DNA of 64,000 nt from an uncultured Actinomycetes bacterium (GTDB lineage Bacteria > Actinomycetota > Thermoleophilia > Gaiellales > Gaiellaceae), in the NCBI GenBank assembly GCA_963755155.1, contig CAVWIV010000004.1, positions 24,386 through 88,385 on the forward strand. The letters run 5' to 3'. Position 1 is the stretch's first letter; the number at the start of each line of letters is the position of its first letter. Positions 20,359-28,647 of this stretch are shown one piece after another. The notes under the pieces were generated by a model. The model ran no database searches. It was not told the origin of the DNA and saw only the letters and a program-made list of their open reading frames with translations. Made by a program: the position numbers and the translations under genes.

Positions 20359-20673
20359 ATGTATGCCACTGTGAGACGCTACGAGGGAGTCGACAAGGCC
20401 CGCACGGACGAGCTGACAAAGAAGGTCGGCGAGAGCCTCATGCCGCGCATGAGCAAGCTGCCGGGCTTCGGCGGCTACTTCCTGATCGAGGCTGGTGAAG
20501 GCGTCATGACCTCCATCAACCTCTTCGAGACGTCGGACCAGGCCCACGAGTCGACCCGCGTCGCAGCCACGTGGATTCGCGAGGAGAACCTCGAGGCCGC
20601 GATCCCGAACACGCCGAAGATCACCGCCGGCGCAGTCGTCGCGCACGAGACGAACGGCGCCTTCAAGGCGTAA
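20359..20673 (+). CDS. ABM-like (antibiotic-biosynthesis-monooxygenase fold) small protein
   Basis: The ATG is preceded by gaggagcacc. MYATVRRYEGVD...LPGFGGYFLIEAGEGVMTSINLFETSDQAHES matches the ferredoxin-like ABM/Dabb pattern. The upstream part of ORF 20293..20673 is dropped. Confidence 0.6.
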   Translation: MYATVRRYEGVDKARTDELTKKVGESLMPRMSKLPGFGGYFLIEAGEGVMTSINLFETSDQAHESTRVAATWIREENLEAAIPNTPKITAGAVVAHETNGAFKA

Positions 20674-20699
20674 CAGCTTTCGAGCAGTTTCGTACAACG

Positions 20700-20725
20700 A
20701 GAGGGCCCGCTTCGGCGGGCCCTCT
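20700..20725 (+). terminator. Intrinsic-terminator-like hairpin
   Basis: a-gagggcccgc-ttcg-gcgggccctc-t: 11-bp stem with a tetraloop, 27 nt after the stop at 20673. Confidence 0.65.
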
Positions 20726-20757
20726 GTGTGCAGCGCGACGGTGAGCGAGGAGAAGCA

Positions 20758-21012
20758 ATGTCCACTGAGTTCGAGGCCATGACGGAGGCGCAAGTCCAGG
20801 CCCTGACTGCAAGGGAAGGAGGCGTGCAGCGAGGCAAGCCGCTGTACGCCGATCGCACCTGGACACAGGTGCACCACGAGATGATCGATAGCGACGCTCG
20901 AACCGTCGGGGACCTTCCTCGCGCTCGGATCAGGGCGCTACACGCCGCGACGAAAGCGCAGGCGGCCAGCCTGAAGGCCGGCCGGAATGGTTCGTCGGCT
21001 GGCTCTGGCTAG
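20758..21012 (+). CDS. Hypothetical small protein (84 aa)
   Basis: ATG 20758 is preceded by gagcgaggagaagca. No recognisable motif. Coding status rests on the RBS and G/C-rich third positions only. Confidence 0.4.
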   Translation: MSTEFEAMTEAQVQALTAREGGVQRGKPLYADRTWTQVHHEMIDSDARTVGDLPRARIRALHAATKAQAASLKAGRNGSSAGSG

Positions 21013-21023
21013 CCCGGCGAAGG

Positions 21024-21905
21024 TCAGTCCGCTACAACGATCCAGTCGGCAATCCAGCTGAAGAGTTCGAGCGGACGTTCCCCATCTCTGCGCAGACCGT
21101 GGTCGACGCCATGGATCGTGACGAGCCGCGTCTTCCGGTTTCCGGAATCGACAAGGACTCGCTCGAACGCCGCTGCGCTCGAACGCGCATCCACGAGCGC
21201 ATCGGCGGAGCCCCAGATCGCGAGCAGCGGACAGCGCAGACCGGCGAGAAATGGAAGCGGGTCGTAATCCCAGATCAGGCGTCCGTACGCGATCAGGTTC
21301 GGATCCCCGAACACGAAATAGCGTGCCCACGGCTCGTCGCGATGCGGCGCGAAGGCGCCGATCAACGTACGGTCGTCCGCTCCGCTTCGGAACAACGCGT
21401 CACATTCGTCCCATACCCGTAGCGCGGCATCGACCGAGTCCTGGGCGAAGCCGTCGCGCGCGAGCTCGTGTTCGATCCGAAATCGATCCTGCTCGCGTGG
21501 GCCAGTGGATGACCCGGAGAGAGCGACGACGTACGCAACATCCTCGGACGCCGACGCGGCTTGCGGCCCGATCCACGCGCCCTGGCTCATGCCGAGGACA
21601 CCAGTCGGAACGCCCTCGGCAAGGACGTCGCTTGCGAGGAACCGGTGCGCGGCGAGCGCCTCACTCGCGCGGTCGGCGAACGACTGCCGCGTCCAGTCTC
21701 CTTCCGAGCCGCCGACGCCGGGCTTGTCGTACGACAGGGAGGCCACCCCATGCTCGGCGAACACGTCGGCCCATTCCGACCAATGTCCGGAGTCGGCGGG
21801 GCCGGACCCGTGCAGGAACACGAGGCCCGCACGAACCTCGCCGTCCAGGGGCGACACAACCGTTCCGGACAGCGTCGCGCCGGCGTGCTGGAAGGTGACA
21901 TTCAT
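21024..21905 (-). CDS. Alpha/beta-fold hydrolase
   Basis: The start MNVTFQHAGATLSG (ATG 21905) overlaps the TetR stop (ATGA). Contains LVFLHGSGPAD, the nucleophile elbow GMSQGAW, and late IWGSADALVD and HGVDH motifs. The N-terminal 65 aa of ORF 21024..22100 are rejected because they lie out of frame across the TetR gene. Confidence 0.8.
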   Translation of the reverse strand: MNVTFQHAGATLSGTVVSPLDGEVRAGLVFLHGSGPADSGHWSEWADVFAEHGVASLSYDKPGVGGSEGDWTRQSFADRASEALAAHRFLASDVLAEGVPTGVLGMSQGAWIGPQAASASEDVAYVVALSGSSTGPREQDRFRIEHELARDGFAQDSVDAALRVWDECDALFRSGADDRTLIGAFAPHRDEPWARYFVFGDPNLIAYGRLIWDYDPLPFLAGLRCPLLAIWGSADALVDARSSAAAFERVLVDSGNRKTRLVTIHGVDHGLRRDGERPLELFSWIADWIVVAD

Positions 21906-22501
21906 GCCTGGGGCGCCAGGAGATCGAACGCGTCTCGGACGAGATCGGCGAGATCCGGACGTCCTCCCTCTGCGCGCCAGATCGCGATGGAGGCGCTCAG
22001 GGCGCCAACAGACAGCGCCGCGAGTAGACGTGCGCGCCGCCGCGCAGCGATCGAGCGCCCGAACCGCTTGCTTAGCTCGTTCGCGATCGCGTCCTCCCAT
22101 TCGCCCTGTTTCTCGCGTTCGCGTGCACGAACCGCCGGGGTGGTTTCGATCACCCTGGCGCCGGCGAGCGCATCCGCCGCTCGCTCCCGATATCCCTCGA
22201 CGAGCATCAGGACACTCGCGCGAACCGCATCGAGCGGAGGTTCCGAGCGAGGCCGCGCCGCGAGATACTCCGCGACGTCCTCGCCGACCTCGTCGAGCCA
22301 GCCCAGAAGGACGTCTTCCTTGTGATCGAAGTACCGAAAGAACGTCCGCCGGGAGACATCGGCCGCGCCGGCGATGTCATCGACCGTGGTCGCCGTGAAA
22401 CCCCGCTCAGCGAACAGACGTAGGGCCTCGCGGACGATCGTTTGGCGGAGCCTCGTCTTCTTACGTTCACGGAGACTCTCAACGACGGCGGGCACGTGCA
22501 C
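21902..22501 (-). CDS. TetR/AcrR-family transcriptional regulator
   Basis: RERKKTRLRQTIVREALRLFAERGFTATTVDDIAGAADVSRRTFFRYFDHKEDVLL is a canonical TetR N-terminal HTH. Confidence 0.9.
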   Translation of the reverse strand: MHVPAVVESLRERKKTRLRQTIVREALRLFAERGFTATTVDDIAGAADVSRRTFFRYFDHKEDVLLGWLDEVGEDVAEYLAARPRSEPPLDAVRASVLMLVEGYRERAADALAGARVIETTPAVRAREREKQGEWEDAIANELSKRFGRSIAARRRARLLAALSVGALSASIAIWRAEGGRPDLADLVRDAFDLLAPQA

Positions 22502-22505
22502 ATCA

Positions 22506-22533
22506 TGACACTTTTGTCACTCAGTGTCAAAAG
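22506..22533. promoter_or_regulatory. Candidate TetR operator
   Basis: TGACA-cttt-TGTCA (22506-19) plus a near-perfect inverted repeat CTTTTGTCA-ctcag-TGTCAAAAG (8 of 9 positions). It starts 5 nt upstream of the tetR start codon, in the divergent intergenic region. Confidence 0.45.
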
Positions 22534-22609
22534 CCTCTGAGTGCCCAATCACCGAGCCCCGTCTGCGTACAGGTGTGAAGACTCCGTCGGACGGGCACTC
22601 TGTGTCTCG

Positions 22610-23227
22610 ATGGACTCCGAGAATGAAGTCATCGACGAGAAGGCGGGCACGTCGCTCGTGGTTCCGCAGTCCGTGCAGCGAGCGGCGGGGGACGTGGTCC
22701 ACCAGGCCTTCGAGCGTCTCATCTCCGCTGACGTGCACGTGGCGACTGCCGCCGAGGGCAAGCGCCTCCTGGCGGAGGACGACAACACGGAGCAGAGGTC
22801 GGACGCGATCCAGCGATTCGTCGGGATCGCGACGCCAGTCGTGAGGATCGCGCTCCGCGGCGCACGGTTCACGCGCATCCCGTGGGTGCTCGTGGCGTCA
22901 ACGAGCGTCTCGATCGGTGTCACCGTGCGGACAGGTGTTCGGGAGCTCCAGGTGCTCGCCGCGTTGCTGGCTCACCGCTTCAAAGAGGAGACCGGCGCGC
23001 AGCCGGATGCGGCGCTCCTGCGGAAGCTGACGCTCGAGCTCTATCTCCACCCAGGCCGCACACCGAACGTCTCGGATGTCAGCCTGCCGCTCGCGCGGCT
23101 CGCCCGGCGGTGGATCGTCAGCGGCGCGCTGGGTCGGAACACGCGTGGAAAGGCGGATAAGGCGCTTGACGCCGCAGAGCGTCTTGACATGGCGGCGCTG
23201 GCGTCCCGATACCCGTGGCACAGTTAG
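22610..23227 (+). CDS. Hypothetical protein (205 aa), divergent from tetR
   Basis: ATG 22610 (MDSENEVIDEK). One central hydrophobic segment (IPWVLVASTSVSIGVTV). No motif I recognise. Confidence 0.5.
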   Translation: MDSENEVIDEKAGTSLVVPQSVQRAAGDVVHQAFERLISADVHVATAAEGKRLLAEDDNTEQRSDAIQRFVGIATPVVRIALRGARFTRIPWVLVASTSVSIGVTVRTGVRELQVLAALLAHRFKEETGAQPDAALLRKLTLELYLHPGRTPNVSDVSLPLARLARRWIVSGALGRNTRGKADKALDAAERLDMAALASRYPWHS

Positions 23228-23236
23228 TGCCGTACC

Positions 23237-23259
23237 GGAGGGTGGAGCGCCCTCCACTT
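23237..23259. terminator. Short GC hairpin between the hypothetical gene and the 3' end of tRNA-Sec
   Basis: ggaggg-tggagcg-ccctcc, or alternatively gtggag-cgcc-ctccac. Only 6-bp stems. Confidence 0.3.
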
Positions 23260-23267
23260 CTGGCTTA

Positions 23268-23360
23268 CGGAGCGGCGCAGGAGTCGAACCTACCCAGCCT
23301 GGGGTTACCAGACCTCACCGGTTTTGAAGACCGGCTGAGCCACCGGGCCCATGCCGCTCC
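23268..23360 (-). tRNA. selC: tRNA-Sec (selenocysteine), anticodon UCA
   Basis: Reverse complement: GGAGCGGC-A-TGGGCC-CGGT-GGCTCA-G-CCGGT-CTTCAAA-ACCGG-(24-nt variable arm TGAGGTCTGGTAACCCCAGGCTGG)-GTAGG-TTCGACT-CCTGC-GCCGCTCC-G. It has an 8-bp acceptor stem plus a 5-bp T stem, a 6-bp D stem with the 4-nt loop CGGU, anticodon TCA and discriminator G. These are the bacterial tRNA-Sec hallmarks. 93 nt; CCA is not encoded. Confidence 0.92.
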
Positions 23361-23432
23361 AACGAGGAGGGTACCGAGAGCCGTAGCGTCCTAAGAAGGG
23401 GTCGATGGGGACCGCGAACGGTAGCCACTCGC

Positions 23433-24629
23433 TCAATCGGGCAGCATCGGCATCACCAACCCCGCGTCGCGGCCGAGCAGTACGGCCCGGCTCATCGCAC
23501 TCACGCCGTAGCGGTCGCGGATCTCGTCGAGCGCGGCATCCAGGGCCGCACCGCGGCTGACTGCGAACGGGAGCATGAGCTGCCTCGGGAGGTCGTTCTC
23601 GAGGTTGGTGACCGCGATCCCGATGAGCGTGATGCCCCGGCGCTCGATCGTGGGCATGGCGGCCGCCAGCAGCCCTCGTGCCGTATCGAGGATCGTCCGC
23701 GTCTCGGCGGTCGTGCGTGGCAGCGTGGCGGAGCGCGTCGCTCGCGAGAAGTCGTCGAAGCGGAGCCGGAGCACCACCGTCCTGCCCACGCGATGAGCGG
23801 CGCGCATCCGGCGGGTGACCCGGTCGACAAGGCCGAGGAGGGCGGCGTCCAATTCGTCGGCGGACTTGCGCGAGCGCCCGAGCGCGCGTTGGGCGCCGAT
23901 CGATCCTCGGCGGCGGCGCGCCTCGACGCGGCGCGGATCCCGGTTCATGGCGAGCGCATGGATCTTGCGGCCCGCTGCTCGCCCGAGCATCGAGACGAGG
24001 TCGCCCTCCGTGAGCTCGGCCACCTGGCCGACGGTGGTGATCCCGACCTGGTGCAGCCTGTCGGCCGTGACGGCGCCTACGCCCCAGAGCCGCTCGACGG
24101 GGAGCGCATGGAGAAACGTAAGCTCGCCGTCGGGCTGCACGACGAGCAGCCCGTCGGGCTTCGCAACGCCGCTCGCCACCTTCGCGAGGAACTTCGTCCT
24201 CGCGACGCCGACGGTGATCGGCAACCCGACCTGCTCACGGACGGAGCGGCGCAGGCGCGTCGCCATCTGCGCGGGGCTTCCTCGAAGCCTTCGCATCCCA
24301 CGGACGTCGAGGAACGCCTCGTCGATCGACATGCCTTCGACCAGCGGCGTCGTGTCCTCGAAGACCTCGAAGATCGCCTTGCTCGCCTCGACGTACGCCG
24401 CCATTCGCGGCGAGACGACGACCGCAGACGGGCAGAGACGGCGAGCAGTCGCCCCACCCATCGCCGTTCGCACGCCGTAGGCCTTGGCCTCGTAGCTCGC
24501 CGCCAGCACGACTCCCGCGCCGACGATCACGGGCCGGCCGCGAAGACGTGGGTCATCTCGCTGCTCGACCGACGCGTAGAAGGAGTCGACGTCGGCGTGG
24601 AGGATCGTCGCCTCGGTTGACACGAACAT
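23433..24629 (-). CDS. dinB: DNA polymerase IV (Y-family)
   Basis: ILHADVDSFYASVEQRDDPRLRGRPVIVG, SIDEAFLDV and VGVARTKFLAKVAS are canonical DinB motifs. Confidence 0.92.
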   Translation of the reverse strand: MFVSTEATILHADVDSFYASVEQRDDPRLRGRPVIVGAGVVLAASYEAKAYGVRTAMGGATARRLCPSAVVVSPRMAAYVEASKAIFEVFEDTTPLVEGMSIDEAFLDVRGMRRLRGSPAQMATRLRRSVREQVGLPITVGVARTKFLAKVASGVAKPDGLLVVQPDGELTFLHALPVERLWGVGAVTADRLHQVGITTVGQVAELTEGDLVSMLGRAAGRKIHALAMNRDPRRVEARRRRGSIGAQRALGRSRKSADELDAALLGLVDRVTRRMRAAHRVGRTVVLRLRFDDFSRATRSATLPRTTAETRTILDTARGLLAAAMPTIERRGITLIGIAVTNLENDLPRQLMLPFAVSRGAALDAALDEIRDRYGVSAMSRAVLLGRDAGLVMPMLPD

Positions 24630-24651
24630 ATGTTCGGTGTTTCATAGCACA

Positions 24652-26289
24652 ATGCAGCTCGCGCTCGACGGGCTCGACCGCCTCGTGGATGTGCTCCACG
24701 AGCAGGGCGCCCTGTCGACGCCCGAGGCGGCCCGGCTGCTTTTTGCCACGGGGCCGATCTCCGACGGCCTCGCCTGCTCGCTGCTCGCGGACGTCACCGC
24801 GGGGGACAGCCGCATCGTGTGCACAGGCACGACGGTCTCACTGGCCGGCGCGCACGACGATCCGCTGCTCGAGGAAGCCGAGCTTGTCGTCTTCGACCTC
24901 GAGACAACCGGGCTCTCCGGAACGCGGGATCGAATCTGCGAGATCGGTGCGGCCCGCGTGCGAGCGCTCGAGCTCGTGGACTCCTTCGAGTCGCTCGTCA
25001 ACCCTCGGCTTCCGCTGCCCCGCCCGGTGGCGCGTTTGACCGGGCTGCGCGAGGAGGAGCTACAGCGCGCGCCGCCCGTCTCCAGCGTCATCAAGCGGTT
25101 CGTCCTCTTCGCGGGCGACGCGCCGCTCGTCGCACACAACGCCCGCTTCGACCAGCGCTTCCTCGAACGGCAGCTCCAGTGGCTCCACGGCCGCCGGCTC
25201 GCCGAGCCGCCGCTCTGCACCGCCGCGCTCGCGCGGCGCCTGCTAGAGGGACGCGCACGCCGGGTAGGCCTCGCTTCGCTCGCGGAGTTCTTCGGGGTCG
25301 CGACCCAACCCTGTCACCGTGCGCTGCCCGACGCCGAAGCGACCGCCCAGGTGCTCGTCTGCCTGATCGGGCTGGCCCAGGAGATCGGAGCGCGCCGCGT
25401 CTCCGATCTGCGCGCGCTCGCCGCTCCGCGCCAGCGGCGCGTGTACGGGAAGCGTCCGCTGCTCCGCGGCGCGCCGACGCGGCCGGGCGTCTACCTCTTT
25501 CGCGATCGCCACGACCAGGTGCTCTACGTCGGCCGCGCGCGCGACCTCCGCGCGCGGTTGCGCTCGTACTTCCGCAGCGAGGGGCAGCGGCCGTCTGTCG
25601 AGGCAGCCCTGCTCGCGCTCGAGCGGATCGAGTGGCGCGTGCTCGGCTCCGAGCTCGAGGCGGCGCTCGAGGAGCTGCGGCTGATCCGCGAGCTGCAACC
25701 CCCTGCCAACTCTCGGAGCCGCCGTCGCGAGCACGGCGTGTACCTGAAGCGTCGCGACGGCGAGTTCGTCGTCACGAAGAACGCCACCCAGCTGGGCCCG
25801 ATCCCGAGCCGCCGGCGCGCCGGTCTCGCCGCACGCGCGCTGGCCGGGGCGACCGTGGAGGAACGCGAGCGTCTCCTCGAAGGCGGTCCGCTGCCCCGTC
25901 TCCGCGGCCGGCTGGCGGAGCTCGCCGAGGACTTTCGCTACGAGGAGGCGGCACGGCTGCGTGATCGCATCGAGGCTCTCGAGCAGGTCGTCGAGCGCCT
26001 GCGCCGGCTCGAGCAGCTGCGCGCGGTCGACTGCTGCCTCGTTGCCCCCGCGGTCGAGCCCGGCTGGAGGAAAGCGTTCTACGTGTGTGGCGGCCGGATC
26101 TCCGCCGTTCGCTCATTGCCTCCCGGAGCGACGCCGGAGGCCGATGTCGCCTTCCGTCAGGCGGCCCGAAGGAGGCCGGGAGAGCCGATCACGCCCGAGG
26201 AGGCCGAGGATCTGCTGCTGCTCGGCGGGTTCATCAGGCGTCCGCCGCCTGAGCTCGCAGTGCTCCCACTACAGGCTGAAGCCGCGTGA
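24652..26289 (+). CDS. DEDDh 3'-5' exonuclease (DnaQ-like) fused to a GIY-YIG nuclease and UVR domain (Cho/UvrC-N-like)
   Basis: Exo motifs VVFDLETTGL, LVAHNARFDQRFL and HRALPDAEA. GIY-YIG is seen as PGVYLFRDRHDQVLYVGRARDLRARLRSYF. UVR is seen as FRYEEAARLRDRIEALEQV. Divergent from dinB, with 22 nt between start codons. Confidence 0.85.
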   Translation: MQLALDGLDRLVDVLHEQGALSTPEAARLLFATGPISDGLACSLLADVTAGDSRIVCTGTTVSLAGAHDDPLLEEAELVVFDLETTGLSGTRDRICEIGAARVRALELVDSFESLVNPRLPLPRPVARLTGLREEELQRAPPVSSVIKRFVLFAGDAPLVAHNARFDQRFLERQLQWLHGRRLAEPPLCTAALARRLLEGRARRVGLASLAEFFGVATQPCHRALPDAEATAQVLVCLIGLAQEIGARRVSDLRALAAPRQRRVYGKRPLLRGAPTRPGVYLFRDRHDQVLYVGRARDLRARLRSYFRSEGQRPSVEAALLALERIEWRVLGSELEAALEELRLIRELQPPANSRSRRREHGVYLKRRDGEFVVTKNATQLGPIPSRRRAGLAARALAGATVEERERLLEGGPLPRLRGRLAELAEDFRYEEAARLRDRIEALEQVVERLRRLEQLRAVDCCLVAPAVEPGWRKAFYVCGGRISAVRSLPPGATPEADVAFRQAARRRPGEPITPEEAEDLLLLGGFIRRPPPELAVLPLQAEAA

Positions 26290-26544
26290 CTACTCGGAGC
26301 TCGAGCCGCGCATCTCGTCGGTGGACGCTTGGGCCCGCTCGTGGACCTCGCGGCGCCTCGCGTCGAGATCGTCGCTCAACTCGGGCTCCGGCTCGTCGCG
26401 ACCGCGCGCCTCGTCGAGCTTGCGGCGGAGCTCCTCGGCCGGATCGACGCCGGTCTCGGCGCCCACGGCCGGCACCAGCCGGCGCTGAAGGAAGTACCCG
26501 ATGACGGCGGCAAGCCCCGTGATGAGCAGTAGACGCTTGAGCAT
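26290..26544 (-). CDS. Small membrane-anchored protein with acidic tail (hypothetical)
   Basis: N-terminal TM helix LLLITGLAAVIGYFL, then a charged helical tail. Convergent with and abutting the exonuclease gene. Confidence 0.5.
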   Translation of the reverse strand: MLKRLLLITGLAAVIGYFLQRRLVPAVGAETGVDPAEELRRKLDEARGRDEPEPELSDDLDARRREVHERAQASTDEMRGSSSE

Positions 26545-26658
26545 GCCCCGATGCTACAGTGCTCAGCCGAACTTCTCGCCACGCCCTGCGCCGACCCGCC
26601 CGGGACCGGCGCCGAAGGACAGCGGCCGCCTGAGACCAGGAGAAGGAGAGACCGGAGC

Positions 26659-27074
26659 TTGAACGACTACGAGATTCTGCTCATGCTCGACCCCGAGCTG
26701 CCCGAGGAGCGCGGCGGCGAGATCGTCACGCGCACGCGCGAGCTCGTCGAGAAGGACGGCGGCACGTGGGAGGACCACCAGCCGTGGGGCCGCCGGCGGC
26801 TCGCGTACGAGATCGACCACAAGCCGGAGGGCGTCTACCACCTCGTCACGTTCACGTGCGAGCCGACGGCGCTCGACGAGATCTCGCGCGTCCTGAAGAT
26901 CACGGACGGCGTCATGCGGCACCTGGCGACCCGCCGCCCGCGGCCGCACCGGCGCGGTGAGGCTGCCGCCGCTCCGTCCGAGCCGGCGGCGCCGAGTACG
27001 CTGAGCCCGCCGACCCGGAGACGCCGGAGTCACCCGCGTCAGAGCCCGCTTCAGAGCCAGAGGGAGAGGAGTAG
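26659..27074 (+). CDS. rpsF: 30S ribosomal protein S6; one inferred frame break near 26990
   Basis: TTG 26659 after aggagaaggagag. Reads NDYEILLMLDPELPEERGGEIVTRTRELVEKDGGTWEDHQPWGRRRLAYEIDHKPEGVYHLVTF. The called ORF (26551..27657) never stops and runs through ssb out of frame. The neighbouring frame gives the usual acidic tail AEYAEPADPETPESPASEPASEPEGEE and stops at 27072-74, 2 nt before ssb. Confidence 0.85.
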
Positions 27075-27076
27075 CC

Positions 27077-27517
27077 ATGGCCAACATCAACCGCGTCGTG
27101 CTCGTCGGGAACCTCACGAGGGACCCCGAGCTGCGGCACACGCCGAGCGGCACCGCCGTCTGCAGCCTCCGCCTCGCCGTCAACACGCGGCGCAAGGACG
27201 GCGCGACCGGCGAGTGGACCGAGAAGCCGAACTACTTCGACATCACCGTCTGGGGCAACCAGGGCGAGAACTGCGCACAGTACCTCGCCAAGGGCCGCCC
27301 CGTGGCGATCGACGGCCGCCTCGAGTGGCGCGAGTGGGAGGCCCAGGACGGCTCCAAGCGCCAGGCGGTCGAGGTGATCGCCGACTCCGTGCAGTTCCTC
27401 GGCGGACGCGGCGACGGCGGCGGCGAGGGCGGCGGCGAGCAGTCCTTCGCACCCGCCGGTGCGGAGAAGTCCGACGCCGACTTCCCGGCTGCGGCCGACG
27501 ACGACATCCCCTTCTGA
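27077..27517 (+). CDS. ssb: Single-stranded DNA-binding protein
   Basis: [36 protein letters not shown] (OB fold), a Gly-rich linker and the C-terminal acidic tip DDDIPF. Confidence 0.93.
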   Translation: MANINRVVLVGNLTRDPELRHTPSGTAVCSLRLAVNTRRKDGATGEWTEKPNYFDITVWGNQGENCAQYLAKGRPVAIDGRLEWREWEAQDGSKRQAVEVIADSVQFLGGRGDGGGEGGGEQSFAPAGAEKSDADFPAAADDDIPF

Positions 27518-27806
27518 TGGCGAAGAAGAAGCGCGAAGCCGAGAGAAGAGCGCTTCGACGCAGCGACGGCGTCCCGGCCAGCGCGACGGCCAGATGCGCC
27601 GCCGCAACTGTGCGTTCTGCCGCGCGAAGATCGAGGACGTCGACTACAAGGACGTGAACATGCTCCGCCGCTTCATCTCCGAGCGGGGCAAGATCCGCTC
27701 GCGCCGCATCACGGGCGCCTGCCGCCGCCACCAGAACCAGGTGTCGGTCGCCGTCAAGCGGGCGCGCGAGATGGCGCTCCTGCCCTACGTCGGCGAGCGC
27801 CAGTAG
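27517..27806 (+). CDS. rpsR: 30S ribosomal protein S18; probable frame break near 27540 (conservative alternative start ATG 27593)
   Basis: The core [60 protein letters not shown] is unmistakable. The natural start MAKKKRE (ATG 27517, TGATG overlap with ssb) lies in a different frame from the core. Confidence 0.85.
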
Positions 27807-27811
27807 CGGCG

Positions 27812-28429
27812 ATGCAGCTCATCCTCCTCCAGGACGTCGACAACGTCGGTCTGCGCGGAGACGTCGTCGACGTCGCGCGCGGCTACGCCCGGAACTTCCT
27901 GCTGCCGAGGCGGCTGGCCGAGGAGGCGACGCCGGCCCGGTTGGGCGAGCTCGAGAAGCGCGAGTCGCACCGCGCGCGCCACGAGGCGGCGACGACCGAC
28001 CAGGCCGGCGAGATCCAGAAGGTGCTCGAGCAGGCGGAGCTGCGCTTCGAGATGAACGCCGGCCCCACGGGCTCGCTCTTCGGCTCGGTGACCGCCACGG
28101 ACATCGTCGACGAGCTCTGGGAGAAGCACAAGGTGCGCGTCGACCGCCGGAAGATCGAGCTGCCGCAGCCGATCAAGCGCGTCGGCCGCTACGCGGTGCC
28201 GGTCGAGCTCTTCGAGGACGTCCAGGCCGAGGTGGCGACGCTCGTGGTCGGCGTCCCCCGAGGGCGGCGAGCTGCTGCCGGAGGAGGTCACCGAGGAGGA
28301 GCCGACGGCGGAAGCGGAGCCGCGGCCGACGAGCCGGTCGAGGAATATCTCGAGGAGCCCGTCGAGGAAGTGCTCGAAGAACCGGTCGAGGCGGCCGCCG
28401 AGCCGCTCGACGAGCCCGCAGACGACTAG
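27812..28429 (+). CDS. rplI: 50S ribosomal protein L9 with acidic C-terminal extension; probable compensating pair of frame breaks (about 28257 and 28323)
   Basis: MQLILLQDVDNVGLRGDVVDVARGYARNFLLPRRLA is canonical. Between the two points the called frame reads PRGRRAAAGGGHRGGADGGSG, while the adjacent frame reads PEGGELLPEEVTEEEPTAEAEP, which matches the acidic tail that follows. Confidence 0.88.
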   Translation: MQLILLQDVDNVGLRGDVVDVARGYARNFLLPRRLAEEATPARLGELEKRESHRARHEAATTDQAGEIQKVLEQAELRFEMNAGPTGSLFGSVTATDIVDELWEKHKVRVDRRKIELPQPIKRVGRYAVPVELFEDVQAEVATLVVGVPRGRRAAAGGGHRGGADGGSGAAADEPVEEYLEEPVEEVLEEPVEAAAEPLDEPADD

Positions 28430-28430
28430 T

Positions 28431-28463
28431 CATTCCACAGCCCCTGTGGAGGGCTGTGGAATG
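28431..28463 (+). terminator. Strong hairpin directly after rplI
   Basis: cattccacagcc-cctgtggag-ggctgtggaatg: perfect 12-bp stem beginning 2 nt after the TAG at 28427-29. Confidence 0.6.
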
Positions 28464-28647
28464 TCGCACGAACTTCCCGCGTAGAGCGGCCTTTTCGTCC
28501 ACCGTGCCGTCCGGCCAGCCGTCGACAATGGTGGGAACGAATGTTCTGTTCAGCCTGCAAATGGGGCGTGCCGAACCGGGCAACGAGGCGTGGATTTCGC
28601 CGCTATCCACCCGTTGAAACTCCGCCCGCCGGGGGGGTTAATACCGC

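Noticed and set aside
20141-23267. Segment next to the 3' end of tRNA-Sec (ABM-like gene, small ORF, hydrolase, TetR, hypothetical) as a tRNA-targeted genomic island
   Set aside because: There is no integrase or recombinase. I could find no direct repeat of the tRNA 3' end at the far boundary. Apart from the 218-nt promoter region, the composition looks like the rest of the window.
26551-27657. 368-aa ORF spanning rpsF, ssb and rpsR
   Set aside because: Only its first roughly 95 residues after the TTG at 26659 are S6. The rest is out-of-frame read-through across ssb (which is intact in its own frame) into the S18 start. It is caused by one indel that removes the S6 stop.
28430-28647. Cluster of TCCAC-containing, DnaA-box-like 9-mers upstream of dnaB (for example TCGTCCACC at about 28494 and CTATCCACC at about 28602), possibly an origin or DnaA-regulated promoter
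   Set aside because: The best matches reach only 7 of 9 positions to TTGTCCACA/TTATCCACA. Several of the hits are just the arms of the rplI terminator hairpin. There is no AT-rich unwinding element and no dnaA or dnaN nearby.
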